The notes beneath the pieces were generated by a model. That model worked only from the letters and a program-made list of their open reading frames with translations. It did not search any database and was not told the origin of the DNA. The position numbers and the translations under genes were made by a program. DNA of 64,000 nucleotides from Psammoneis japonica (lineage: Eukaryota): the NCBI GenBank assembly GCA_008632985.1, contig QPGO01000080.1:248001-312000 (forward strand), read 5' to 3'. Shown here in pieces: positions 35,801 through 47,763 of the stretch; positions within the stretch are counted from its first letter, which is position 1, and each line of letters opens with the position of its first letter.

Positions 35801-38800
35801 ACAAGGAAAAAGATTCGGGGCACGCACAGATTCCTCAGCTCCAGACAATGACACCACTGATTCAGCACAGAACAACACAGCATCAGAGGCGAGTGTGGAA
35901 CCAAACGAAGCCAAAGCAATGCCAACATGATGGCAACTGCAACACCAGATGAAATCTTAGACATGCTTTTAGATGCATCAAAAAAGGATGAAAGCACCAA
36001 GAACGAGCTTCGAAGCCGAGCCAAAAACAACACATTTCACACAATGGACGCACTGCCGGTGCGACACGATTGTCCCATCGGTCCGCACCTCTGCATGAAC
36101 TCGCCCGAGAGGCAACCTTCATTCGCAATGACGAAGACTGCCAACCACTGTGCAAAGCATTGAAGCTGAAAGGTTTCTCTCTTGAAGAAATGGAAGAGCA
36201 TGAGCACCACAACAAAGAATGTGTTCAAGCACGGGTGAGGATGCCGTGTCCTGTCAGTGACGTGCACACCTCTAATCTTTGTCTTGCACACAAATTGATC
36301 CGACAGAGCAAGGCTTTCAAAGAATGCCACACCCCAGAATTTGATGCGTGGTTTATCAGTGCAGCAGCGAAGGCCAAGAAAGGTTGGTTTGAGCCTGTGC
36401 CAGATGTTCCAGTTTGTCAAGAGAAGGGCACATGCTCAGATGGCCTCCGGCTGTGGTGGTGTGGCAGTGGAACCAACCGATTAGAAAATTTCCACCAGAA
36501 GCTTTGGGCACTTCTGGTTGGTCAAGCTACAAGCGTTGAAACAGCCCACCATCTGTTGGCACTTTGAACTTTCAGACACAACGTCAATGTTGGCATGTTG
36601 CGCTGTGGCAAGCCCAACCTTGGCCACCCACATCTTCACACTCTCGATGAGTTACAGAACGTCACTCAGAAGCTGTTTGATGTCGTCGTGCTTCCCAGTC
36701 ACAAGAATCTTTCAGACATGAAACCAACTCGAGCTGATTGGGTCGGTGTCGGAAAGTCTGCCCAAGATCCACGATTTGTTCAATGCTTGGATGAGCCAGA
36801 CAAAGCATTGACACCATCTTTGAAATTCTTGGCAAAGAGACTCAGGTTGCAACACCCACCGATTCCATGCAAAACCAGGGCAGACCATCTGGTTCGAAAG
36901 TGATGGTTGGGTGGCCTGGAAGGGAAACCAAAAGAAACAGACTTTGAGCAGCTTGTGATCATGCACAAAGAGCTCTCAAATGGCATGGACGTGTTTCCCA
37001 AAACCTTGTCAATGGTCAAGTCAGAATGGGAAAAGGACAAAGCAAGAGACGCATTGAAGCACGCAAAGTCGGCAATGAAAGCTGAGTGTGACAGTGTTGT
37101 TCGGAGTCTCCGTCAACAATGGGCTTCACCACCACAAGTGTCAAAGCAACTGCACCAAAAAATTTCATCACTGAAGGAAGGCGAGAATCCCTCTGTTTGT
37201 GTTCCACCAGTCCAGGCCCCATGCCAATCCAGCAAGGTGCCCTCTGTGCAGCAAAACAGAGCATGTGCGTGCCATGACTTGGGTTGCAAACTCATGGCTG
37301 GGCAGTGCAACAGCTGGGCTCGTTCTGGTTGCAAGCACCATGGCAACATGCAGGCAGTGCGCTTGGACGGGCTTGTGCACGGCCGGTGCCAGTGTGTGCA
37401 GAGGATTCATGAAAAACTCTTGTAAATTCTTTGGTGGAAATGGAATGTTTGCAATGCCTGCTGAGCATGACAGAGAAGAAAAACAGTTGAAACGAAAGGG
37501 GAGTGACAGGCTAAAAACTGTCAGGAAGTGATGCAAAACGGTGCAAGCAGCGGCGAAGAAATCGATCCCTGACCCGGAACGACACAGACTTGCCAATGGA
37601 GACGTTCATTTCAAGATTGCACTGGACAATGAGGCAACACAAGTGCAGGTGGATGAAACCAACTACACTCATGTAATTGGTGAAAAGGATTTGCTGAGGC
37701 TGCCGTGTGGGGTCTCTGCCAACACCCCGAACGTGTGGGACTTGCTTCGTTCTGGTGCGCTCATCGACAACAATGTTGTTCAAGGACACTTCAACTTGCT
37801 CCGACAGCAATTTTCCTGGCTTGGTGTTTGAGTCATCAACACAATTTTTTACAAACAGCTGCAGTGGTTCAAGTGGGCCGATGTCGACAGATGGGCAAAA
37901 GAACTTGATGGCGAGCCTGGAACGTGGGTGACAGCAAAAGCAATTCTTGCACCCATCTTCTCGGGATCAAACACAGCCGGCCACTGGTCGAACTTTTTTG
38001 TTGACAGCCATTTTGAAAGAGATGCCACTGGCACTGCAGAGCTTCTGGTGTGTGCAAACAGCCTCCAGCCAAATGCCATCTCGCAACGGCTCCGGCAAAA
38101 GCTCGTTGGCGCACCACTGAGTCCAGAAAGGCTGGGGGCGGAGCATGTCATTCCTCCACATGCAGGACAAGGGCCCAATGATTGCACTGTTCATTCATGT
38201 GTGAAAGCAGCAGCATGTTTAAAAGCATTGGAAAATGGGTCACTGTGCACTTGCCGCCACGACATTCAAAAGCCGACAACGACATTCTCATTCTCTGAAG
38301 ATTCAACCTTGGAAGACTGGGGGCGCTTGGGTCGTTGTCACATCTTGCAGAGTTTGTGTGAAGGCAAAATCGATCTTGATGACCTGTTGTTGCTGAGACT
38401 TCAGCATGGTGAGCAACGAGCAGAGTCATGCACGTGAGCTGACAGTCAACACGAGCTGAACAAACACACCACATGAAACACAACATTGGCGTTTGTGCTG
38501 AGCAATGACTCACAATTTCGATCGGTGCAAAATCAAAACCATGCAGTGGGCTCTTGTGCAAGTGCAAATTGAGTCTTGCATCTTGAGTCGAGCAAAACAG
38601 TCCTTGTGGCAAGTTTCTCATTTTGCTGGGGTCCACAGCTTGCAGGCGACATGACAGATGTGGTGCCAAAATTCAGATGCTCATTCCTGTGAATGCAAGA
38701 CACAAAAGAGCCAAGCACATGGATGTTTGAGAGAGCAAGAGCGAGAGCGAGAGAAACAGAGACATTTCATGAAACACAAAAACGGATTGCAGCGGCTTGC

Positions 38801-39078
38801 CTTCAGTGTGTCATGAGCCATCCCCTCCGATGCTTCTTCACAAACAAACAGCGCGAACAAAACGCGCAGTTTTTGAAAAGCAGCGACGCCATTTCAAAAA
38901 CTCTTTTCAAAAACTCTCGCTTTTTTCACTGTGACGAAGTGCGGAGAGTCTCGAGGCTCTTCGCCTCTTGTTTTTTGGAGTCTCTCTCTCTTCGCCTCAA
39001 GACTCACGTAGAACCTACACAAAATCCTGGCAGGGCGAAGAGAGATTTTGCCCCCACGTACGTGAAACCACACCTCCC
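32837..39078 (+). mobile_element. Mutator-like DDE DNA transposon, copy 2 (near-complete, decayed)
   Basis: ~24-bp imperfect TIRs starting GG, flanked by ATGAG on both sides. Encodes the polyprotein listed next. Superfamily assignment is by motif resemblance only. Confidence 0.8.
33158..38437 (+). pseudogene. Decayed transposase polyprotein: Zn ribbon, DDE core with inserted DEDDy 3'-5' exonuclease, C-terminal Ulp1-like cysteine protease
   Basis: DDE-like motifs ATDVTFK, VDTDN, NTFHTMD and GTNRLENFH. Exonuclease motifs GLDAKWN, LQLS, IGGD and CAATD (~34900-35320). Protease motifs GHWS, ANSL/ADSL and GQGPNDC (~37750-38190). Probable 90-nt intron at 34643-34732. Several stops and frameshifts. 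Confidence 0.75.
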
Positions 39079-39361
39079 ATGAGAGCGCAGCCGGGCGGTC
39101 CATGGAGATTTACTGTGTTCGGTGCAACGGGTCTGAGTTTTCACGTTGGGGCGCGCGCATCAGAAAAGTACCGTCCGCGGTGGTACACCCTGGCCACTTT
39201 TTTGCACAGTCTTCGTCTACCATATATAATATCAATTCGACGTCTTCATCGACTCTCATTGTTTCTGTTGCCGACCTGCTTTTGGCACAGTAGAGTTCGA
39301 CGGCTTGAGTGCACTCCCAACTGGGAGGTTTGTCGAGTGTCGCCGAAAGCCAGAAGCTGCT

Positions 39362-40592
39362 ATGGCATCGACAGCTGGGCCATCACCTCCGTTCGATGGT
39401 GCTGATCGTCGTCGGTTCTTCGTCCTGCTTCTGATGGCATTGTCTTTATTGCTTGGTGCAAACCTTTGTTGGGAGACAGGAGACCAGTTGCGCAAATGGA
39501 CTGATCCGGCTGACGTATCGAGCACTCGAAAACCACAAAGTATGACGCAAGCCCCAGATGCGCCTTTGCTAGAGCTCTCCCGGAGGTTTAGGCCACCACC
39601 GTCCAATGAAACTGCTGCCGCGTGTCTCAGAACGATCTACAACGGAAAAAATAGAAACATCATGGAGTGGACTCTCCGATGGGTAGCGTACAATCGCTTG
39701 TTGGGTTTTGACGAAATTCTGGTCTGGTACGTTAAACACTTTACGCCTCCAGGCTTTGAGCTGCTGAAAACGTTGCCCTATGTGACATTGGTGGAGAACA
39801 CGCGGAATCAGTATAGTCCTGAAACTATGGCCAACCACAAGCACAATCCTCCGGGGCAAGCAGAGGACATTGCCGATTGTTTAAACCGGACTAAAAATCG
39901 GTTTGATTGGGTGTTCTTGGCAGATGCCGACGAATATTTGTGGTTCGCCGAGAAGGTCCACTTGAAAGACTTCCTCCTCAAGCACAAGGACAAGAACTAC
40001 CTCAGTTTTGGGAAATGGTTTTACGATCCTGGATTGCACTACGCTGGTGCCAAAAACGACTTATTTGGACTGGAGAAGGCAAGTGGTTGACGTCATACTG
40101 GTCTTTTCGCCATTGATCCTCCTCACTTTTATGCTTCAGCGCCCTTACACATACAAAAATTACTGCTACGGGGATGGGAAGAAAAAGCAATGTCCTAGCT
40201 CGCGTGGTAGATCCAAAGTGCTCTTTCGTAGGAACTCATTTGACCATATGGGAACCCATGGATTAGGTCCCTACATCCGTCCGGACCGCCCTTGCCTTAC
40301 AGACCGCTGTCATTTCAATACAGATGTTGCTCATATCAAAGAATGGAGATATAGCTTAGGCATTACATTCCTGGGTAACCTGAGTCCAGAGATGAGGGAC
40401 AATGAATCAATCATAGAAGGCTTCACCTGGATGGGAAGTATGAACGAAACGATGAGCAACGAGACAAGGTTGATTGGTAATTTCCCAGGATCAGATTTTT
40501 TCGAGATGAATGAAGAGGGGAAAAACATAGTGTACCGTGATGACAAGTTGCAAGACTGGCTTGATTTTCTGGCAAGCGAACAGAAATCGTAA
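39362..40592 (+). CDS. GT92/GT2-like (GT-A fold) glycosyltransferase, 2 exons (39362-40078, 40140-40592)
   Basis: TM segment, WVAYNRLLGFDEI, Q...DC, and WVFLADADEYLW. A 61-nt GC-AG intron (GCAAGT...TTCAG) joins LEK to RPY in frame. Confidence 0.75.
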
Positions 40593-42193
40593 AGAATCAT
40601 AGATGGAGGACTTTCAGCTTAAACAAATGATATACTGGTGTCTGAAATCTTGTAACATTCAAAATGTCTTTGCACTCATCAAAAGAAAAATCGCTGGGCA
40701 CCATGGGTGGAGTTCTTTGACAGACGAAGGATGAGCTTTGGAAGCCTGGGACGTGAGTAAGTTTGGAGAAGAAATTCCGCACAAATACTCAGTCAAGAAG
40801 CACCGCATTCTCAAACCATCAAGGATCCGGCCAACGCAGCGCGCCGCTTTTTTTGAAATTGCCGACCCCAAGCAGAAAACTTGTGCCCAAACCAAGAGAC
40901 TTCTTTTTGGAAACAGACCCCCTCCAAGAAAGAGCGAGATACTGCCCAAGAGTCAAGTTTGTCAAGGAGGAATACACTTTGGGCACAAGAAAAAAGTCCG
41001 AGATGGGCCAATGAAATTGGCGCACTGCTATAGATGTCAGTAATTCGCTTTGCAGTCATTTGCTAGCTACTCTACTCGGTAGAGGCTGCCGCATGCATTG
41101 GGTGCGGACCTGCAGTTTGCGTTTCTCGTTCTCAAGAGCAGGTTACTGCTTGTTCCCGTTATGCCCGCATCTTCTTTATCATGACAGAAAGATGCTCCTC
41201 TAGTTCCTGGCAACTGTGCGCCCCATCTTTTAAGTGCTCCTCCCATTCAAATTTTGTTTTTTGTAACCTTTCATGGCATAGCTAAATTTATTGAGATTGT
41301 CCCATTATACAGAACCATTGAGCGACGGAAAGTGTTCTAATACTGCCGCTAGTTGTGTTCTCGGTTCTCGGTGTGTTTCACAAGACTTGGCGCATGGAAA
41401 ACAGTGGCGCCAAACGTTTGCATATTATTCTCAATCAAATTTGGCAAGTGATACTGGGCAGAGAGTCGACACAATGCCGATGCTTGTCCGAAAAGAACCA
41501 CCACTTGTGGAGACCACACACGTCAAGATTAGTCGGGGGGCATTACACACGACAAGACACATTCCAATCAGTGCCCTTTTTTTTTCAAAAAACAAGGGCG
41601 TCTTTTTTTGTGCGACGCTCGACAACAAAATCCTGGGTTTCATACTTGCACCTGGCTGCTTGTGTGTAATCTCCTCCCCCAACTACAGCCCACCAGCTGC
41701 AACAAACACTACTACTTGTGTGTAGCCACACCATTAGCATTGCATCAGTCTTCTTTTTACAGTGATTTCTCGCAGTGCATGCGAAAACTTCTCTATAGTA
41801 CAAGGACAAGGCGAGATATAGAAAGAAAATAGCTCTCAATCTACATTTTGATTTTCTATATTATATTCCAAAAAGCAAATCTGTGCTACTAGTAGTAGTG
41901 GGTTACATTCATTACGACAAACGATAAGTCATTGGAACAAAAGAACATTTTCCAATGACTTGCGAAAATAATGGAGCGCTCGATTTTTGTGGAGTTCCGT
42001 ATGTAAATAGAATAGTACGGCATTTCCAAATAATGGCGTCAACATCTTGGTGAGCTCAAGATTCGAAAATGGTTCAACAAGATTCGAAATTGGCTCAAAC
42101 ATAGAGAAAGCTCCCCAAAGCCAAAAAAGCCAAACAGTCGATCTTGAGAGGAGAGCGTGTCTCGAGACAGAGAGTACCCAATATTCGTTTTGT

Positions 42194-43506
42194 CTAACGA
42201 CGATGAAACGAAGAGCTCGAGGACGTTGGTCCGCCACCATGATGACGACCAAGAAAGGCACTACTGGGTGATAAGGCACCCGAAAAGCTCGTGGAGGCAC
42301 CACCATGATGGCGGCTACTACTACTACTGCCAGTAGTACGTCGTCGTTTGTTGATGTGATGAGAGGTAAACTTGTATCCAGCAGACAAGTCACGAATCGG
42401 CCTTCCAAGGCTTGGAGTTGCCGAACCGACACTCATGGTGGTACTGGAAAATGGACGATCCGGAGGAGCTTGGTGCTGCTGCTGCATGGGAGTCACGTTG
42501 GGTTGGTAGGGATGACCGCTAATACGTCCACCACCACCACCACGCACAGTACCTCGTGGTCCATAGCCCGGTGCCGAAGCGGCACGAGACGAAGCAGCAG
42601 CATGACGCATGGGAGGGACGCCACCACCACCACCACGGTGGGAAGAGGATATCCTTGTTGCTCTTGAGCACGCTTTTGCATCATTCCACGACGAAGCGGT
42701 GGTTCTCCCCCGTGGTGATGGCGCGATGATGATGGTGCACCCGACGAAATGCTTCCACCATACTGTTGCTGATAACGAGAAAGCTCTTGTTCTCGTGCTT
42801 GTAGTTTGTTTTGAAGCTCGGTAAGCGCTTGTTCGGAGCGTACTTGTTCCGACTTTGCCTTTTGCTTGAGCTGGGTGATTTCTGCCTGATACTCTTCCAT
42901 TTGTCTCTGAGCACGTAAAAACTTTTGTCCCTGCATTTTGGAATCCTTCAACAACTGTTTGAGTAAGAACGTGTTTGCCATTTTGAGTGTATCCATTTGA
43001 CGACATACACCCGAGCACAAGTCTGTATACGGCAATTCGGAATACTGGTTGCTTCGACGCGTAAAGAGTGTTTGAACCGTGAGCCGTTTCGCATCCTCGA
43101 GCGTATTGCTTGCACTCGGATCCGCTACGGTGACTTCCATGAAATCTTGTTCCGTCAAGACCTTGCCGCAAGAAGGACAGTCCGAGTTGTGTTCAAAGTG
43201 CTTGTATGTGCATTCTATATAGAAACAAACAAAAAGAACAAAAAGCATGATGAGTTTGATGCAAGTCATGGAAACAAACAAAATTTGACCGTTACGTAGA
43301 AATCTACGTGAACTTGTACTAGAGAGAGATTCATTCGTACCTTCACAAAAGATGCAATCACACGCGCATAGAAAACACGTTGTCACCAAGGGTTTGATAC
43401 AACTGTTGCAATGAATCGATGACGGATGATTCCTTTTCTTGTGTGATGGTGCCTTGCTTCCGCCGCCACGATGAGTGCTTGCCGCTGCGGAGCTCCGATG
43501 CGACAT
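42194..43506 (-). CDS. RING finger plus coiled-coil protein, HEI10/RNF212(Zip3)-like putative meiotic E3 ligase
   Basis: After splicing 43340-43215: IHCNSC..CFLCACDCIFCEEC..DCPSCGKVL, then a coiled coil and a low-complexity tail. The main frame stops at 42493. An alternative tail frame runs to 42194. Confidence 0.65.
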
Positions 43507-43920
43507 GGTGGATGGATAGCGATGCTTGATTTTTTTTGTGAAGAGAGCGGGTGGATGGATTTTTGAATCGGTGCGCGTACTGGCGCGATTCACGCACGAG
43601 GGCCGGAATCAGTAGAAAATCACGCAAGTACGATTTTACAACATGTTATACCACTGTTTCTACTTACACGTCATCACGTACAACCTACGTCACCGTGTAC
43701 CAAGTCAAAATTTTCACTCGTGGGAACGCACAACGCACGCGCACAACACAAAAAGCAACAACAACACGGTCGCGTTTTTTTTTACCGAGAGAGGCACTGA
43801 GAAGAACGCAAGTGAACCCGTCAGAACACTGCAGCAGTGTGAAGAAAATACTAGAACGAGACTGTGTATTGTTGTTGTTGTTGTTGTTTGGTTGAGAGAC
43901 ACAGGTTTTTAATTTAAAAG

Positions 43921-45800
43921 ATGATGATGTCACGCCCCCGTCCCGAGACGGAAACCAAAAAGGAAACTAGTAGTACAAAAAAGCAGTCATCGGTCGAAGA
44001 CTTGGAACGTCGGTTAGCCATGTTGGGTGGTGGTACTACGGCTCCCGGAGTCGTGGCGACCGACGATGAGGAAGATGCTAATACCGCGAACATTACTCAG
44101 CCGGATGCTGCCGCTGTCAAGGGAGGAAAAAACGCTCTACTGGTACGTGTGTGTGTGTGTGTAGAATGACTTTCGATTTATTGCACGATTGGGGGGGAGT
44201 TATAGTTGCTTTTTTTATTGTGCTGTATGGAGCTTGAGGGTCTGTATGTGCTGCTTGTTCCCTTGAATGTTACGCGTGTATCAGCCTTGCAAATATATTC
44301 TGAGCTAGAACGTATGCTGTGGCACTTTTTAGTTTTTATCAGATTTTCTTATGCAGATGGTCACGCTGAGACTCTGTGTTTTTATACATGTTACAATTAC
44401 AAACTTACTGACACACTCTGTCTCTTGTTTTTTCTCACACAAATCAGGCCCGCATCATGGCTGCCCAAGAACGTGCCAAGCAAGCGGGACATGAGCCTAC
44501 TACTACGGAAGCTACACAAGAAGAAGCACCCGTGGTGGATTTGCTATCGGGTGCACCAGAAGCAGCCACCAAGGACGATGCTCCACCTCCTGCATTTGAT
44601 GCGGTAGAATTGCCTCCTCCACAAGAAGCTCCTCCTCCGGCGTTTGATTTGGTTCAGGATTCCGTCATGGAGCAGGTTCAACAGCAACAACAGCAAGAAC
44701 CTACCATGCCCTCACCCGTCATGGCTCCTTCCGCACCGGCGTTTGAAGATTTGCTGGATACGTCCTCTGCTCCCGCAATTGAGGAAAATACCATGGGTGA
44801 CATCTCCATGGTACAGCCACCACCACAAGAAGAAACGTCACAAGATGATGATGATGAATTGTGGGGCGGTTTGTCTCCTGAAGAACGCAAGGCTCTCATG
44901 GATGAGCAACGCAAAATTATGCAAGCCATTGAAGAGGAAAAGGCTGCCAATGCCAAGGCGATTGCCGCCGCACAAGCGGAAAACTTTGAACAACGCGGTG
45001 GTGCACCCGCCACGGCAGAACCCGTAACGGGTCTTGACGAAAATAACAATAATCGCCGCATGGTGCATTTGGGTGGTGATCAAACGGTAGCCTTGCACGG
45101 ACAGGAACGGACCCGGGCGGCCATTGCCGCGGGGACGGCTGTTTTGGTGCAGTGTATTAACTGTATGAATTGGATGCAAGTGACGGACAATGCCACGCTC
45201 ATGTATTGTCCCGTGTGCAGTGTGGTGTCTCCTGTAATCAAGCAGGATTCTGTCATGACCAAGGACGAAGCTGTGCAACTTTCGAACGATATGAAACTGG
45301 CGGAGCAGTTGCAAAATGAAGAATACAAGAATGCGGGGCGTGATGAACGTGATGAAGAGAAACAAGGAGAAGAAGAAGAGGAAGAGTCGTGGTGGGATTC
45401 CATTACAACCATGTTTGGAGTCAAAAAGGGAACAACGCCCACGCATGCGGTTCCCGTGTCTCCGGAACAGCAGGCACGCTTGAACCGTGGCGAACTGGGA
45501 GTATCCCGTCCTCCTGGTGCCTTGTTGTCTCCTGCCAATATCGATGGCAGCGAGAGTGACTTGTTGTTGTCGAGCGATAACAACAGGCCGCAGGCGGCTC
45601 GTGTGGCGGAGCGACAGCCCCTCTTTTCTTGTGTTGTGGATTCGGTTTCGAGTGCCGCTTCGACCGTCTTGGGAACGACCCAGACCCTTCACGAAGACCG
45701 CGAGGGCAACATTCATGGTGTGGATGCGTCGTCTCTCTTGACGGTTACCCGGGCCTCGCGTGACCAGGACTACAAGCCTCTTTCCGACCAGGAACACTAG
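43921..45800 (+). CDS. Acidic/Pro-rich protein of unknown function with a CxxC-x13-CxxC Zn ribbon, 2 exons (43921-44142, 44448-45800)
   Basis: In-frame GT-AG splice GKNALL|ARIMAAQ. QCINCMNWMQVTDNATLMYCPVC motif. Normal TpA and CpG content. Confidence 0.8.
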
Positions 45801-46007
45801 TAGAATGTACGCAGATTGTTGTGTAAAAAGAGAATGCTGTCGTATGGCCTTTAACAATGAGTTTTTCCTTATAATAATAGTAGATGTTGAGTAGTCTGCA
45901 TTGCGCTGTACTACAATTCCAGTTTTCGACACGACTTGTGCCTTTCTCCTAATAGTAGACGTGCAGTTCTCTATATCACGCTCTGTGTTACAATTCCAAT
46001 CCATTGT

Positions 46008-47207
46008 CTACTTTTGCACATGGCAAAACATCACCATTAGGTAGCGATTTCCGCGAGTAATGTCGACACCGCTGTGAATCAACCTTCCTGGATGCAATAG
46101 AAACTCTCCATACTCGAGCTTGACGGTGCGATCCAGGTCTGGAAAGTACGTTCTTTAAAAAAAGAAAAATAGGTCGTTAGCAACAAACCAAAAGAGAGCA
46201 ACATTATCAAAATACGAGCTTTTTGAAATGAACGTACCCTCCTCCAATGTAGGCGTTCCGAGGACACAAGGCAACATTGACCGTCACATCACTCCGATCC
46301 AAGTGAAGTTCGACACCCGTATGACCCGTCTTGGCCGAATATTTTTTGACATGAGGCTGATTCTCGTCGTAAACTACATTGCGTGCCCGAAAGAGATGCA
46401 CAATGGCGCGTTCGATAAACTCCACAAGGGGCTTGGAGATTTTATAAACATGCGGAATCTTTTGGAGCGTCACATCTTGTTGGGTAAGCGAATAGAGATT
46501 GGTCTCCCAAGAATTGCCCAGTTTGCAATGCACGTAGTGTTCCACTCCAATGCGAATGGATTCCAACAAGTCAATCAAGTGTGGCGGGAGACGTAGCTTG
46601 AAGATGTGGAACCTAGGATTGCCAATCACGGTGCAGCAGCCATAGTTGAAGAGCGGCTGCGGAATGTACACTTCTCGGGGAATGGTACTTCATGGTGGTA
46701 CCGAGACTGTTCTGGAAAACCTTGACGAGATTCGTACATGGGGTAAGTAGCATGAGGCGGCAAGTGGTTAGCATATTGAGAGTATCCAAAAGGATTCGAT
46801 GGCACAAGCACTCGATGCGTATCGGGAGGAGACGTTGGATGATCCCTAACGGATGGCCTGGGCGGAGTCACGGTATTGCTCGTACAGCGGTGCTGGGACG
46901 GGCGGTTCTGGTACTGTGGAGGATCTCTTGACTCTTGAGCTCTTTGGTAATCTTGAGGATCATAATGGTACTTCCTTGGATTCCATGGCTCTCTGAGATA
47001 ATGTTCAGATTGAGTTGCTTGACGTCTCTCCTGCCTTTCCACCACAAAGTTCCCTGGTTTGCCATGGCGGAGATTAGCAAGCGTTGTTGGATGTCTTGTT
47101 GAAATCGTATTCCATTCATCTCTTCGAGCATAATAGTCGCGGCTGTATGGGTAACTCGCATGCTTGTAAGGTTCGTAATGACGATGCAGCCTTTCCATGA
47201 TGAGCAA
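46008..47207 (-). CDS. 2OG-Fe(II) dioxygenase resembling the PLOD/lysyl-hydroxylase C-terminal domain; 5' structure uncertain
   Basis: HLDRSDVTVNVAL..YIGGG, then an intron (~46236-46155). The last exon, which is not in the ORF track, reads TYFPD..LLHPGRLIHSGVDITRGNRYLMVMF and stops at 46008. The upstream ORF is in another frame. Confidence 0.75.
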
Positions 47208-47763
47208 CGATCAGAGGGTGCGTGTGTCGCGGTAATGCCTTACTTATCGCGTTTATGCGTTGTGGATTGTGGAGGTATACATCTCGCCACAGCCATCAAG
47301 AAGTTTGGAATGGAAGGATGGAATACTCCACCCTCCTGTAATAGCATGAGTCGCTCACATAATGCACAGTGTGCGTTGACGGCGACTCCTTCTCTCTCCA
47401 CATCGTGCCTCTCCCATCCTGGATCCGGTTTTGAGGAACGCAACGAAAATGTGAGCGCGGAGTTGGCTTTTTGATTTTAAAATACAGACATGAATACTAT
47501 TTTTCAGTTCACGCGGAGGTCGGGAGTCAGTCGATGGAGTCGGCGCCCCGAGTCAAAGAAAGCCCCACTCTCGCTCCGAAAACCTACTACTACGAATCGC
47601 GGAATTCTAACCACCATAGCTCTAGTAGCACTCGCTCTACTCTACTAGATGCTCTAGAGAGAGAATAGAGAGAGTGTCAGACTGGTAGTCGGAGTGCCAA
47701 TAACATGTAAAAACGTGAATTTATCCCTGTTGACTAAAGAGAGCGACGATGATTCGCTCGGTT

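Noticed and set aside
43294..43310. 17-nt match (ACGTAGAAATCTACGTG) between the RING-gene intron and a MITE A palindrome
   Set aside because: No TIR or other flanking similarity. A short near-palindromic match can arise by chance.
44838..46004. 388-aa minus-strand ORF
   Set aside because: Antisense shadow of the spliced plus-strand gene 43921-45800.
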